64,000 bases of DNA from Candidatus Culexarchaeum yellowstonense (GTDB taxonomy: Archaea; Thermoproteota; Methanomethylicia; Culexarchaeales; Culexarchaeaceae), in NCBI GenBank assembly GCA_024707015.1, contig JANGFR010000002.1:74007-138006 (forward strand), read 5' to 3'. Shown here in pieces: positions 1 to 10,043 of this stretch (the stretch's first letter is position 1; every line of letters begins with the position of its first letter). The translations under genes were made by a program, and so were the position numbers. The notes beneath the pieces are model-generated. The model saw only the letters and a program-made list of their open reading frames with translations, made no database searches and was not told where the DNA came from.

Positions 1-660
1 GAATCCTACCCTCTTAACGATAGATATCATGAATGCGTATAGTGCGTAATCAAATTTTGTATATAGGTCTTTTCTTGATTTTGCTGTGGATAGCATTTCA
101 AGTATGTTTTGTGGTGTTGTGGTGAGTGTTTTGTTTTGGAATTGGCAGAGCATGATCATGTTTGGGAGGTCTTCAGGTTCTTTGAAGAGGGTTGTGTAGA
201 GGACTAATGTTTCCAGTTCAGGCAGTTTAAGCAGTCTACCAACAATCTCTTCTTCGAAATGTGCTTTGGCTTCTGCCTCCTTGGTGTGGTTGAATTCGAA
301 GGCTAAGAATAGTGTGGTTGAATCTGATAGCATGTCACTCTCGCTTTTAAACACTTTACTTACATCGCACCAGTATCTTTCAGCTCTTGGGTCTAGGTGG
401 AGGCTCCACCTAGCTCGTGTATCTGCTCTGCAAGCAGCCATTTCAGCACTATTCTTACCCTCCATCATCCCATCTCTACCACTGAACTCATATATGGCTA
501 GATACTTTATACCTCCACTCAGTGAGATGAAGCGTCTTGCAGTAATGAGGTTTGGAACTTTTAGAAGGTCTGGGAGATGCACATTATTATACCATCTATT
601 AAAATCCCCCTCCAACTCCGGCGTTTTAAAGTGTAATCGAACAATATATACTGGTTTCAT
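1..660 (-). CDS. Hypothetical protein, 5' part inside the window with the CDS running off the window start. Possible tandem dimeric alpha/beta-barrel (Dabb/ABM-like) repeats. Not in the supplied ORF track.
   Basis: My manual reverse-complement translation from the ATG at 658-660 reads MKPVYIVRLHFKTPELEGDFNRWYNNVHLPDLLKVPNLITARRF... with no stop through position 1 (220 codons). The composition is more protein-like than the antisense +strand ORF 266..682. Two internally similar halves (..LAIYEFSGRD.. and ..LFLAFEFNHTKEAEAKAHFEEE..). Confidence 0.45.
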   Translation of the reverse strand, partial: MKPVYIVRLHFKTPELEGDFNRWYNNVHLPDLLKVPNLITARRFISLSGGIKYLAIYEFSGRDGMMEGKNSAEMAACRADTRARWSLHLDPRAERYWCDVSKVFKSESDMLSDSTTLFLAFEFNHTKEAEAKAHFEEEIVGRLLKLPELETLVLYTTLFKEPEDLPNMIMLCQFQNKTLTTTPQNILEMLSTAKSRKDLYTKFDYALYAFMISIVKRVGF

Positions 661-865
661 TCCAAGAGACCTCAACATATAGTTTAAGGGTGATTAACGT
701 ATATAAGGTTTGCAATTTCATTAATGCATGATCATAATACCCCCAAATGTTGAAAAATTCAAAAATTTATGATGGTGATCCCTAGAATCCTTAACATCAT
801 AATTACTTAGCCTTTTCCATTGAAATTGGGTATGCAAGAATCTAAGAGTAAGGAGAACATAATGT

Positions 866-876
866 TATATGGAGCT
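866..876 (+). promoter_or_regulatory. TATA-like box (gcTTAAATAatc) about 25 nt upstream of the ATG at 898. Suggests a leaderless or short-leader transcript.
   Basis: AT-rich TATA-like hexamer at the canonical archaeal distance from the start codon. It sits in the divergent region between the minus-strand CDS 1..660 and the plus-strand CDS 898..1536. Confidence 0.3.
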
Positions 877-897
877 TAAATAATCTTTGGGGGTGTA

Positions 898-1536
898 ATG
901 TTGGAGAAGTATGATTTGGCAATTGTTTTGGGATCTCAAGTTAAAAAGCGGGATAATAGGTACTTTTTGGCGCCTCATACAGAACTTAAAGCGAGAGCAG
1001 CTGGAATAGCTTATCAAAGGGGGGTTGTTAAAAAGTTTATCATTTCTGGTGGATACAACTTTGGAGTTAGATATGAGTATAACAGGATACTGGAAAATCC
1101 AAACTTTTCCTTTGAAGCTTTTGCTCTCGCAAGATGGGAGAAATCGGAAGCCCAAATAATTGCTGAATTTCTTCATGAGGAATATAATGTCCCCTTACAA
1201 GACATGCTCTTAGAAGAACTCTCAGCAACCACCGAGGAAAATGTGGAATTTCTAAAAATCTTACTGAAAAGACAAACCTTTAACTTTGCAAAGAGGATTG
1301 GAGTTTTAACACTCCTCCCCCACATGGAAAGAGCATTACCACTATTCAAAAGAGCCAATCTAAATGTGAAACCAATCTTCGCCGAAGAACTACTAGTCCT
1401 CGAAAAATATGGAGTTGACAAGATATGCGAATATTACTCAATACCCTCAGATAAGGAGGAAGAGAAAATGAAGAGAATAGAAGAGCTAATTTCAAAATGT
1501 AAAGAAGTATCACAGCGGTTTTATTTGCTTCGATAA
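898..1536 (+). CDS. DUF218 / YdcF(ElyC/SanA)-like protein
   Basis: 212 aa. N-terminal AIVLGSQV...FIISGGYNFG resembles the DUF218 core (xIVVLG ... SGG). Confidence 0.5.
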   Translation: MLEKYDLAIVLGSQVKKRDNRYFLAPHTELKARAAGIAYQRGVVKKFIISGGYNFGVRYEYNRILENPNFSFEAFALARWEKSEAQIIAEFLHEEYNVPLQDMLLEELSATTEENVEFLKILLKRQTFNFAKRIGVLTLLPHMERALPLFKRANLNVKPIFAEELLVLEKYGVDKICEYYSIPSDKEEEKMKRIEELISKCKEVSQRFYLLR

Positions 1537-1580
1537 TATGCAATTCTGTAATAAACATGTGAGAATGTTAGCTACATGGG

Positions 1581-2759
1581 CTATTGCGAATAATCATGGA
1601 ATGATGGTGGAGTAAATCTCGCTTTATTGGGGGATCTTTTACGTGTTCTTCGTATTATTATTGGTATTGAGGCGCATGAAGCTACAATCAATATTATCCC
1701 AATTATGGTTGTGGGCGTTAAGTCTATCTTGAAAATGTTGAAGCTGGATTCGGCTATCTTATCAACTATATTGAATTTTATTTGCATATATTCAACAACA
1801 TCACCTGCAGTAAGAGGACGTACAACGTATGGTAAACCCTCATTGGTGTAGAGGGCCTTACGGCCTTCAATAGTATACTCCATGAGGTTTAGGTTTGCTA
1901 TTCTGCTCTTTAGTATACCGTATTCAAAGGGTAGTTTAATTTCAACTATTTCAGCTTCATAAGTGCATCTTTGAAGCCCACCAGTCTCAGGGTCAGTGTA
2001 GTACAGTAAATGTATGGATACACCGCTTCCATAATTAGATTTAGGATGTGTTGTAATTGGATTTGTTAGATTTAGTAGTTTAAATATGTCTAGAATGTAT
2101 GTGTTTCCTGGTTTGAAGTTGAAGTAGTTTTTCACAAATCTACTGACTGTTAGCATAGCGAAGTTGCTGGTGTCAGTTATTTGCAAACTGATTTTATCTC
2201 CTAAGCGTAGGAAATTTTTCGTCACTATGGACATAAACCCTTCATTAGGCTTTAATTTGAAAAATGCATCTACAATTTCATCTGGATTTAAATTGCTTAT
2301 GGTGCAAGTATACGTTACTTGTGTAGGACTTATCCAAGATTTCACCATATTTTTGAACTGTATCCCCATGTGATATTCGAGAGATTTGGTTATATTGTAG
2401 ATGTATGCATCAATATCCCTATCATCAACAATGCCTTTTATGACAAAGTTGCTATAAAAGGTTAATTCACTAGAACCCACAATATATGTGAACATCGTAG
2501 AATAAGTTGCACCAGCAACTCTAGGTAAAATGGGAGACAACTCAACCCCATTGAACATAATGCTAAAATAAACATCACCACTATAGTACACGGTTACATG
2601 AATATGTTCGAATGATTTCTCAAAATCAACCTGAGATGGGAAAACCACATTTGACATTGGAAATGAAAATGCATACAAATAGCTATAGTTAAGAGTACCA
2701 ATAAATGTAAAAGCAATCAATATTGCAATTAACTTTACGTGAAGACTTCTCAACATCAA
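1581..2759 (-). CDS. Hypothetical secreted/membrane-anchored protein
   Basis: 392 aa. N-terminal hydrophobic segment (LIAILIAFTFIGTL) and a C-terminal TM helix followed by a basic tail (IIGIILIVASCASIPIIIRRTRKR). No recognisable catalytic motif. Confidence 0.5.
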   Translation of the reverse strand: MMLRSLHVKLIAILIAFTFIGTLNYSYLYAFSFPMSNVVFPSQVDFEKSFEHIHVTVYYSGDVYFSIMFNGVELSPILPRVAGATYSTMFTYIVGSSELTFYSNFVIKGIVDDRDIDAYIYNITKSLEYHMGIQFKNMVKSWISPTQVTYTCTISNLNPDEIVDAFFKLKPNEGFMSIVTKNFLRLGDKISLQITDTSNFAMLTVSRFVKNYFNFKPGNTYILDIFKLLNLTNPITTHPKSNYGSGVSIHLLYYTDPETGGLQRCTYEAEIVEIKLPFEYGILKSRIANLNLMEYTIEGRKALYTNEGLPYVVRPLTAGDVVEYMQIKFNIVDKIAESSFNIFKIDLTPTTIIGIILIVASCASIPIIIRRTRKRSPNKARFTPPSFHDYSQ

Positions 2760-3399
2760 ATGACTATTTATTTCAAGAAAATTTAAAATTTACCATATAT
2801 ATATTAACATGTTCATTGTAAAGGAATAAATTATACGCAAATGCATAATTTTGCTGATTTTCATATCTTTGTGCATTGCATTTATAGCAGCAAAGGATAC
2901 TATAATATTACTTTCATTTCTAACATTAATATCGATTACATCAGCCTTACGCATCAAGTATTATACTGTAACTTAATGGATTAACGTTCACACAATTAAT
3001 ATACAATGCTTCAAATGCAATTTCAGCATTAATACCGGAGATACTTAGTGAAACAAGGCTTAAAGTCATCACAGCAATAAGGATGCTCACACCAGACCAA
3101 CACTACAACAATTTCAGCATGAACATCCTAAATGCTAAGATGGCTTTAGACCCATTTGGAATATTCCCAAGGGGACACCGCCTGGAAGATCCCTAACCAT
3201 AATTGAAAGCTTAGCAATATCATGGCCAAACCTAGCAATAATAACATCAATACTAATAGCATTCATAGCAGCATCCTACATAAAATTCCTAAGAGAAGAA
3301 GTGAGATGTTAAATGGAGATTCAAATTTACGTGTATTATAATTTCTTTAAGTGGAATTATAAAAAGTTGTGGTGTTTTTGTGCAGTCTCCTTTTTGAAT

Positions 3400-4425
3400 T
3401 TATTTTTGTGAGGTTTTCTTTATTTTTGGTTTTGCAGGTTTTTCAGGTATAATTCCTTGGGGACGAAACATTATCACTAGTATGAGTGCTAGGGCTAGTA
3501 GTATTTGTTCAAGCCAGACAACTGAGAATGGTACGTATGCTTCAAGTGAATACTTGTAGTATGTTATGACTCGTCTAAATATGATTACTATGGCCACTCC
3601 TACTAATGCTCCAATATTATTTCCCATTCCACCAATCATGGCCATTAACCAAGGCCAGAAAGTCCAATCAGTTCTAGTATATGCAGCAGCCATTACAGTA
3701 CCACAATAGAAGCTCCAAAGGGAACCTGCAATACCAGCAATCGCCGACCCCAACATCATTATCTGAATTTTAACTTTCACAACATCTTTCCCTACACATT
3801 CAGCTGTAAGTTCATTTTCTCTAACAGCCTTTATCAATCTCCCATAAGGCGATGAAACCAAATATTGAAGGAAGAAGAATATTAGTATTGAAATTGCCAG
3901 TATTAGTATTATTAGGAATTGGGATGCTATGTCACCCATCCATATGAAAACGTTTGGAACTGAAACCCATGCTGTTCCTCCAACAAGGGGGGTGTAATTT
4001 AACCCTATAATCCTAGCAGCTTCAGCCATAGCTATTAGAACCATCATTAAATAATCAGCTCTCAACCTTATCGCTGGATATGAAGCTATAAACCCTATAA
4101 TTGCACTTATGATGATCACTAATATTATGGTTGAGAAGAATATTGCCAAGCCCTTCAACGGATCATTCCTCACAACATTGTTAATCATACTTATAATCAT
4201 GGGGTTATACATTATGTAGTCTAAATCGCTTCTTACGCCACATATCCACATTCCAATTCTACCAGCCAGCGCACCAGTAACATAAGCCCCGGTAGCTACG
4301 GATAAAGCTAATCCAAAGTTTGGTATACCAGTATATCCATATTGCAGGTTTAACGCTAATGTAACTATTAGGTATACGGCGAAGAACACTATGATGTCAA
4401 GCAGCCAGCCTATACTTTCCATCAA
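3400..4425 (-). CDS. livM: Branched-chain amino acid ABC transporter permease (LivM-like)
   Basis: 341 aa polytopic membrane protein. Last gene of a five-gene ABC operon and overlaps the upstream permease by 4 nt. Confidence 0.8.
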   Translation of the reverse strand: MMESIGWLLDIIVFFAVYLIVTLALNLQYGYTGIPNFGLALSVATGAYVTGALAGRIGMWICGVRSDLDYIMYNPMIISMINNVVRNDPLKGLAIFFSTIILVIIISAIIGFIASYPAIRLRADYLMMVLIAMAEAARIIGLNYTPLVGGTAWVSVPNVFIWMGDIASQFLIILILAISILIFFFLQYLVSSPYGRLIKAVRENELTAECVGKDVVKVKIQIMMLGSAIAGIAGSLWSFYCGTVMAAAYTRTDWTFWPWLMAMIGGMGNNIGALVGVAIVIIFRRVITYYKYSLEAYVPFSVVWLEQILLALALILVIMFRPQGIIPEKPAKPKIKKTSQK

Positions 4426-5375
4426 CCTTGCCCACCTCTAATTTTAGCCATAGCCTTTGAAGCTCTCCTCGCTTGAATATCCTCTATTAAGCCAGTTATC
4501 CCCCTTGGGAATAGCAATAGTACTATACACATTATTGTTAAGGGTATTAGGGATCTATATCCAGTTAGCTGTGCCCCAAAAGTTTGAGCTAAGAGATATG
4601 TTCCAAGTATTTCAGTTAAACCTATTATGTATGCTCCGATCATTGCACCATAAATGCTGGATATACCTCCAAGTATAGATGCTGCGAAAACGCTGGTCAT
4701 TAGCATACTTCCAGTATATGGGTGTCCCTGAAACCAGAGGGGCAATAGTGATCCTGCAATTCCAGCTATCCCAGCAGTTAACATCCATGAAATTGTGCAA
4801 GCCAATTCCACATTAACCCCCAAAATGGAAGCTAAACTTGGATCTTCAACAACAGCTCTAAGGGATATGCCAAACTTAGTTCTCGTCAACATTAAATGGA
4901 GAAGTATTATTAAAGTTAGGAGGAAAATTGTTGAAACCACAAGGACTCCAGGCAACCCCATAAACTCAAAATCCAAATGTCTAAATAGGAAAAGTCTTGA
5001 GTAGGATCCTACCATTGGATACAGATAATCTGCATATATATTCAATAGTGCGGAAATCATTATTTGCATAGCCAATGTAGATATGGTTAATGAAATCATA
5101 GTTCCACCAAACCTTTTCAGAGTTCTTAAGACGCCATTATATATTAGGGCACCGGAGAACGCGGATATTAGGAAGGCTATTGGCACAGCCACATATGGAT
5201 TAGACTTCCAAACTTGAGCTACAGTAAACGTTATGTAAACGCCAATACCAGCAAATTCCCCATGAGCAAAATTGGGTATTTTTGCTATTAAGTAGGTTAA
5301 AGTGAAACCGACAGTTAACATGAATAATAGATTTGCATACATCAATGCATCTTCTATTAATGCTGGTGGAATCAT
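4422..5375 (-). CDS. livH: Branched-chain amino acid ABC transporter permease (LivH-like)
   Basis: 317 aa with multiple TM segments. Overlaps both flanking operon genes by 4 nt. Confidence 0.8.
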   Translation of the reverse strand: MIPPALIEDALMYANLLFMLTVGFTLTYLIAKIPNFAHGEFAGIGVYITFTVAQVWKSNPYVAVPIAFLISAFSGALIYNGVLRTLKRFGGTMISLTISTLAMQIMISALLNIYADYLYPMVGSYSRLFLFRHLDFEFMGLPGVLVVSTIFLLTLIILLHLMLTRTKFGISLRAVVEDPSLASILGVNVELACTISWMLTAGIAGIAGSLLPLWFQGHPYTGSMLMTSVFAASILGGISSIYGAMIGAYIIGLTEILGTYLLAQTFGAQLTGYRSLIPLTIMCIVLLLFPRGITGLIEDIQARRASKAMAKIRGGQG

Positions 5376-6085
5376 AATTTCTTCACCCCAAGATAAAGCT
5401 TCCCCAATTCAGGATGCTCTAAGAGCTCTTTCGAGCTACCCTCATATATTACTCTGCCAGAAACAAGTAGGTAGGCTCTATCACTCACTTCCAAAGCCTT
5501 CCTTGCCACTTGCTCCACCAACAGTATTGTTAGCTTGGACTGCTCTCTCAACTCAATAATTTTATTTAAAACTTCAGTGGCTATCTTTGGTGCAAGATTA
5601 CCAGTAGGCTCATCAAGCATTATAAATTTGGATTTCATTATGAGTGCCATAGCCATTGAAAGCATCTGCCTCTCGCCACCACTAAAAGTTTTAACCTTCC
5701 TATCTAGACAAGCTTTAAGGAATGGGAAAACGCTCAAAGCGTATTCCAATCTATCATTAAACTCACTCTTATCCAGAGTTAAACCAGCCATTATTAGATT
5801 CTCCTTTACAGTTAGATTTGTGAATACATTTCCAATTTGTGGTATGTATGCTAATCCAAGTCTTGCCTTCTCATCAGGTCTAAGTTTAGTGATATCTTTA
5901 CCATCAAAAATTATTCTTCCACCATATATTGTTGTAAGCCCCATTATAGTCTTCAACAAAGTACTCTTACCACTACCATTAGGACCGAGTACAGTAACTA
6001 TCTCATTATTGTTAACCTTGAGGTTAACATCGTATAGTATGTGTAGCTTACCATAACCAGCATTAAGGTTATCAACTTCTATCAT
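5372..6085 (-). CDS. livF: ABC transporter ATP-binding protein (LivF-like)
   Basis: Walker A GPNGSGKST, the ABC signature LSGGERQ and Walker B IMLDEP. 237 aa, typical of LivF. Confidence 0.9.
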   Translation of the reverse strand: MIEVDNLNAGYGKLHILYDVNLKVNNNEIVTVLGPNGSGKSTLLKTIMGLTTIYGGRIIFDGKDITKLRPDEKARLGLAYIPQIGNVFTNLTVKENLIMAGLTLDKSEFNDRLEYALSVFPFLKACLDRKVKTFSGGERQMLSMAMALIMKSKFIMLDEPTGNLAPKIATEVLNKIIELREQSKLTILLVEQVARKALEVSDRAYLLVSGRVIYEGSSKELLEHPELGKLYLGVKKL

Positions 6086-6846
6086 GCAACACCACCAAGA
6101 TAAGCTTCAATAACTTTTTCATCGTTAAATACTTTCTCAGGACTACCTTGTGAAATTATTCTACCCATATGCATTGCATAAACATAATCCACATAATCCA
6201 AAGCTACATCTAGCCTATGTTCAACAATTAGTAAGGTTACTCCAAGCTCATCTTTAATCTTCCTTAAATTCTGGAATATTTTATGGGCTAAAACTGGATT
6301 CACACTCCCAGCAGGTTCATCCATAACTATCATCTTTGGATCAGCCATTAAAGCCCTACCAATCTCAAGAAGTTTCAATTGACCACCGCTCAATGTGAAA
6401 GCAAGTTTATCATAAGAATCTGAAAGTTCGAGTAGGTCAAGAATCCTAAAAGCTTTATCCAAAGCTTCACTTTCACTTCTAATCCAAGAATTCTTGAAAA
6501 TGCATTTAAAAATGCTCTCACCAGGATTACTCTGATATGCCAATAATAGATTCTCCAGGACAGTTAACTTGTATAGTGGAGAAGGTATTTGAAATGTTGG
6601 AACTAAACCCATCTTAACCCTCTCATGAGGCTTCCTCCCAGTAATATCAACATTACCATATATCACCTTGCCATATTCAGGCTTATAAACTCCAACAATG
6701 CAGTTGAGTAGTGTCGTTTTACCACTACCATTTGGGCCTACTAGTAATGTTATCCTCCCCTTCTCAACAATCATAGATACATTGTCAACGGCTCTAAACT
6801 CCCCAAACTTCTTGGTTAAATCTTTAACTTCAAGCATAACTTCCAT
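6082..6846 (-). CDS. livG: ABC transporter ATP-binding protein (LivG-like)
   Basis: Walker A GPNGSGKTT, signature LSGGQLK and Walker B IVMDEP. 254 aa. Confidence 0.9.
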   Translation of the reverse strand: MEVMLEVKDLTKKFGEFRAVDNVSMIVEKGRITLLVGPNGSGKTTLLNCIVGVYKPEYGKVIYGNVDITGRKPHERVKMGLVPTFQIPSPLYKLTVLENLLLAYQSNPGESIFKCIFKNSWIRSESEALDKAFRILDLLELSDSYDKLAFTLSGGQLKLLEIGRALMADPKMIVMDEPAGSVNPVLAHKIFQNLRKIKDELGVTLLIVEHRLDVALDYVDYVYAMHMGRIISQGSPEKVFNDEKVIEAYLGGVA

Positions 6847-6893
6847 ATCAAACCCGCCTCCCTCTAAACATATAAAAAAGGTTTTAATGTTGT

Positions 6894-8279
6894 TTAATGG
6901 AGTTTGTAGTTGGCATAATTGACGATTACGTGATATTCTCCAGCACTAGAAGATCCAAGTGTTGGTTTTAAGAACCACTTTATAGCTCCGGTAGTGGCAC
7001 TATATGATCCAATTATAGCCCATGCCAGCCTCTCTCCACCAACAGTTACATTGTAGTAATAAACGAAAGTTGCATATTTAGCTTCACTCTCTTTTATAAC
7101 AGCCCAGAGATCATAATCCATAGCTGCCCTATCACCATTCTCATCCAATAAGCACCATCCACTAGCACCAAAATACCTAGCGGCAACATCAGGTAGTATC
7201 TTCTTGAGAACCGTAGTATCTGTGGTGGCGGCTTCAAGAATAGCCTTTGCAACAAGCCATATACTATCATAAAGGCATATGGCATACGTTCCTGGAACGT
7301 ATCCCACTTTTGCTCTATGCTTCTCTGCAAAGTTCATTCTAAGTGTGGAATTGGTGGTGGTGGCATATGTGCATATATGTCTAACTACAAATGCGTATTG
7401 TCCAGCTTCTTCCACCAATCTATCACTCCATACATGTCCATCGGATCCAAACCATAATACTGACATTAATGCTGGATAATCCTTCGCTTGTGATTGAACC
7501 ACTGCAACTTCATCAAACCCTAAGAATAAAAATCCAACTTTATCCTTACCATAAGTCTTAATTGCGCTATCAATCTTAGATGCTAAAACAGCCAGTTCAG
7601 CTGAAAACTCTGTTTTCTCAGGATCATATCTAACCCTCTCAATAATTGTTCCCCCAAGCTTCTTGAAGTTTTCCTCTACAACAGAATATAACCCATCACC
7701 CCAAGTATCAGCTCTCTGTAAAACCGCTATTGCCTTCACACCATAATCAGTTATTATCTTAGGTATCACAACACCCTGCACAGTATCAGGGGTTGGTAAT
7801 CTAAAGACGAAGTCATCTGCTATACGTAGTAGCGGTGAAGTTGAACCATCACTTATAACTAGAATTTTATTTGCCTGTATATAATCATAGCATGCCCTTA
7901 TATGGCTGCTAAACCTCCAACCAACAACTATTCTTATGCCCTTAGCATATAGGCTTTGAAGCTTCTCGAGCGCCTTTGTAGCTGATCCCTCAGCATTCTC
8001 AATATAAGCCTTAAATGTTATTGGCAATCCAAGGGCTTTAACATAATTGTTTACTTCCTCTATTGCGATATTAACAGTAGTTCCTTCAGTTTCCATATAC
8101 CCTGTATCCGCAACCATTACTCCTATTGGTATTTCACCCTTCAATGGGTAAACGGGTTTTTCAACAACCTTCTCCTGAATCTTTGGAGGAGCCATATAAT
8201 ATCCAATTGGATATCCTATGACTATCCCCACAACAAGCAACACTATAAATAATATTGGAGTTGTTTTTGCACTTTGCAT
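6894..8279 (-). CDS. ABC transporter substrate-binding protein (branched-chain amino acid/peptide-binding family) with an N-terminal membrane anchor
   Basis: 461 aa. N-terminal TM (TTPILFIVLLVVGIVIGY). First gene of the Liv-type operon. Periplasmic-binding-protein type I-like length and composition. Confidence 0.7.
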   Translation of the reverse strand: MQSAKTTPILFIVLLVVGIVIGYPIGYYMAPPKIQEKVVEKPVYPLKGEIPIGVMVADTGYMETEGTTVNIAIEEVNNYVKALGLPITFKAYIENAEGSATKALEKLQSLYAKGIRIVVGWRFSSHIRACYDYIQANKILVISDGSTSPLLRIADDFVFRLPTPDTVQGVVIPKIITDYGVKAIAVLQRADTWGDGLYSVVEENFKKLGGTIIERVRYDPEKTEFSAELAVLASKIDSAIKTYGKDKVGFLFLGFDEVAVVQSQAKDYPALMSVLWFGSDGHVWSDRLVEEAGQYAFVVRHICTYATTTNSTLRMNFAEKHRAKVGYVPGTYAICLYDSIWLVAKAILEAATTDTTVLKKILPDVAARYFGASGWCLLDENGDRAAMDYDLWAVIKESEAKYATFVYYYNVTVGGERLAWAIIGSYSATTGAIKWFLKPTLGSSSAGEYHVIVNYANYKLH

Positions 8280-8428
8280 ATAGTACCAATAAATACTAGT
8301 AGGTGATAAACATCATTTAAAGCTTACGTTATATATGTAGCAAAATTTTCTATCATTTCAACTTTATGTTATGTAAAACGTAATCATTACATAAATTTTA
8401 ATATTCCATTGGCTACTATAAATTTCCA

Positions 8429-9625
8429 GTGTTTTGTATGTTTAGTGATGATGTGTTGTTGATGTTTTTGTTGGTTTTCATGTTTGGTGCTTCTTATTTG
8501 TTGCATTTCTTGTTGGATAGGTTTCATTTGCCCAGTTTGCTTGCCCCTCTACTTGTTGGTTTAGTGTTTAGGCTTGTTCCACAATTTTCTTGGGTTGGAA
8601 AGTATGCTTCTAGTGGTGAGCTTGGTTTCCTCTCCAGTTTGGGTATTATGCTCTTGATATTTCTTGTGGGTGTGAGGGTTGATGTTAATGAGTTTAAGAG
8701 GCAGTCTTTAAATATGGTTTCCATAGCCATATTGAATATACTTTTCTCAACTTTGATTGGTATGCTTGTGCTCTTATATTATGGTTATTCATTGTTGATT
8801 TCAGCTTTGATATCTAGTGCTCTTGCAACTGTGGCTGAGGCTACGATTGCACCTATACTTGATGAGCTTGATGTTATTAGGAGTAGGAGTGCCAATTTGA
8901 TTTTGGGTCCTGGGATTTTGGATGATGTTTTGGAGATTGCCACTGCATCTATAGCTTCAGTTATGGTTGGGAGTATGGGGGCCTTCAATCCATCCATGAT
9001 ACTATTAGGGGTATTTGTATTGCTTATTCTTGCCATCATATTTCATAGGTTAATCCTCCCAACACTTGCATCCCTTGAGGTTGAAGCTAGAGCGTATAGT
9101 TTAACTATGCTTATGATTGTTGTGGCATTGACATTCACTTTAATCTCTGAATATTTTAGTCTTGGAATACTTCTTGGGGCTGTGACTGCAGGTATAGTTT
9201 TCCAGAAGTTTATATCGAAGTCTGGTGGTGAATGTGTTAAACTGCTTAGAGCTCTAGCCTATGGGTTTCTGGGACCAGTATTCTTCTTCACCATAGGTTT
9301 GAGCATAACCCCTGAGAGCATAGTTGAGAGTGCCATGCTAACTTTATGGCTTGTATTGGCTAATTTTGCTGGTAAGTTTGCTTCAACGATTATTGTGGGG
9401 GTTTATGCTAAGATGAATTGGAAGGAGAATGTGGTTGTGGGTATGGGGTTGAGTGCAAAGTTTTCCATGGGCATAATACCTGCACAAATACTATATTCGG
9501 CTGGTTTAATCGATGAAGCATTATTCACATCATTTGTTGGAGTCTCCGCAATAACCACTATGACCATACCCTTCACATTATCATACATTGTGAAGAGGTG
9601 GAGGGAGGATATAATTAACCCTTAA
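8429..9625 (+). CDS. Cation:proton antiporter (CPA/Kef-type Na+/H+ exchanger family) membrane protein
   Basis: 398 aa with about 11-12 predicted TM helices and glycine-rich membrane segments typical of the CPA superfamily. Confidence 0.55.
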   Translation: MFCMFSDDVLLMFLLVFMFGASYLLHFLLDRFHLPSLLAPLLVGLVFRLVPQFSWVGKYASSGELGFLSSLGIMLLIFLVGVRVDVNEFKRQSLNMVSIAILNILFSTLIGMLVLLYYGYSLLISALISSALATVAEATIAPILDELDVIRSRSANLILGPGILDDVLEIATASIASVMVGSMGAFNPSMILLGVFVLLILAIIFHRLILPTLASLEVEARAYSLTMLMIVVALTFTLISEYFSLGILLGAVTAGIVFQKFISKSGGECVKLLRALAYGFLGPVFFFTIGLSITPESIVESAMLTLWLVLANFAGKFASTIIVGVYAKMNWKENVVVGMGLSAKFSMGIIPAQILYSAGLIDEALFTSFVGVSAITTMTIPFTLSYIVKRWREDIINP

Positions 9626-9642
9626 TATGGTATAGGCGTAGT

Positions 9643-9981
9643 TTACCAGACCTTGGAACCCAGTGGAACTTCATCCCCAACTGTTATGAGGTGAACCTTC
9701 CCATCAGCCTCCTCAGCAACTATTAGCATGGCTTGACTCTCCACATCAGCAATCTTCTTAGGCTTTAAATTAACAACGAAAATCATCTTCTTACCCATGA
9801 GATCTTCTGGTTGATATTGATCTCCTATACCTGCCACTACAATTCTGGTTTCATCGCCGAAATCCACTGAAAGTTTTATTAGCTTCCTAGTTCTCGGAAT
9901 CCTCTCAGCACTCTTGACAAGTCCAACCCTCATCCTAAACTTCCAGAATTCTTCAACATCAAATAATTCATGTGTGGACAA
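9643..9981 (-). CDS. tRNA-binding domain protein (Trbp111/CsaA/EMAP-II-like OB fold)
   Basis: 112 aa. FRMRVGLVKSAERIPRTRKLIKLSVDFGDETRIVVAGI...KIADVESQAMLIVAEE follows the Myf/tRNA-binding OB-fold pattern found at the C-terminus of MetRS. Confidence 0.7.
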   Translation of the reverse strand: MSTHELFDVEEFWKFRMRVGLVKSAERIPRTRKLIKLSVDFGDETRIVVAGIGDQYQPEDLMGKKMIFVVNLKPKKIADVESQAMLIVAEEADGKVHLITVGDEVPLGSKVW

Positions 9982-10043
9982 TACTATTCACCGTTAAAAA
10001 TTTAATGTTTATTTAGTAGATAACGCTTCTCATTCAATTGATG

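Noticed and set aside
266-682. +strand 138-aa ORF in the supplied track
   Set aside because: It has low-complexity Ser/Leu-rich composition. It lies entirely antisense to a longer, better-behaved minus-strand frame (660 to 1) that I translated manually without stops. It is most likely a shadow ORF.
3139-3312. Stop-to-stop frame encoding a TM-helix-like peptide in the 640-bp spacer
   Set aside because: It has no ATG/GTG/TTG start codon in frame. I kept it only as a note under the long-spacer finding, not as a CDS.
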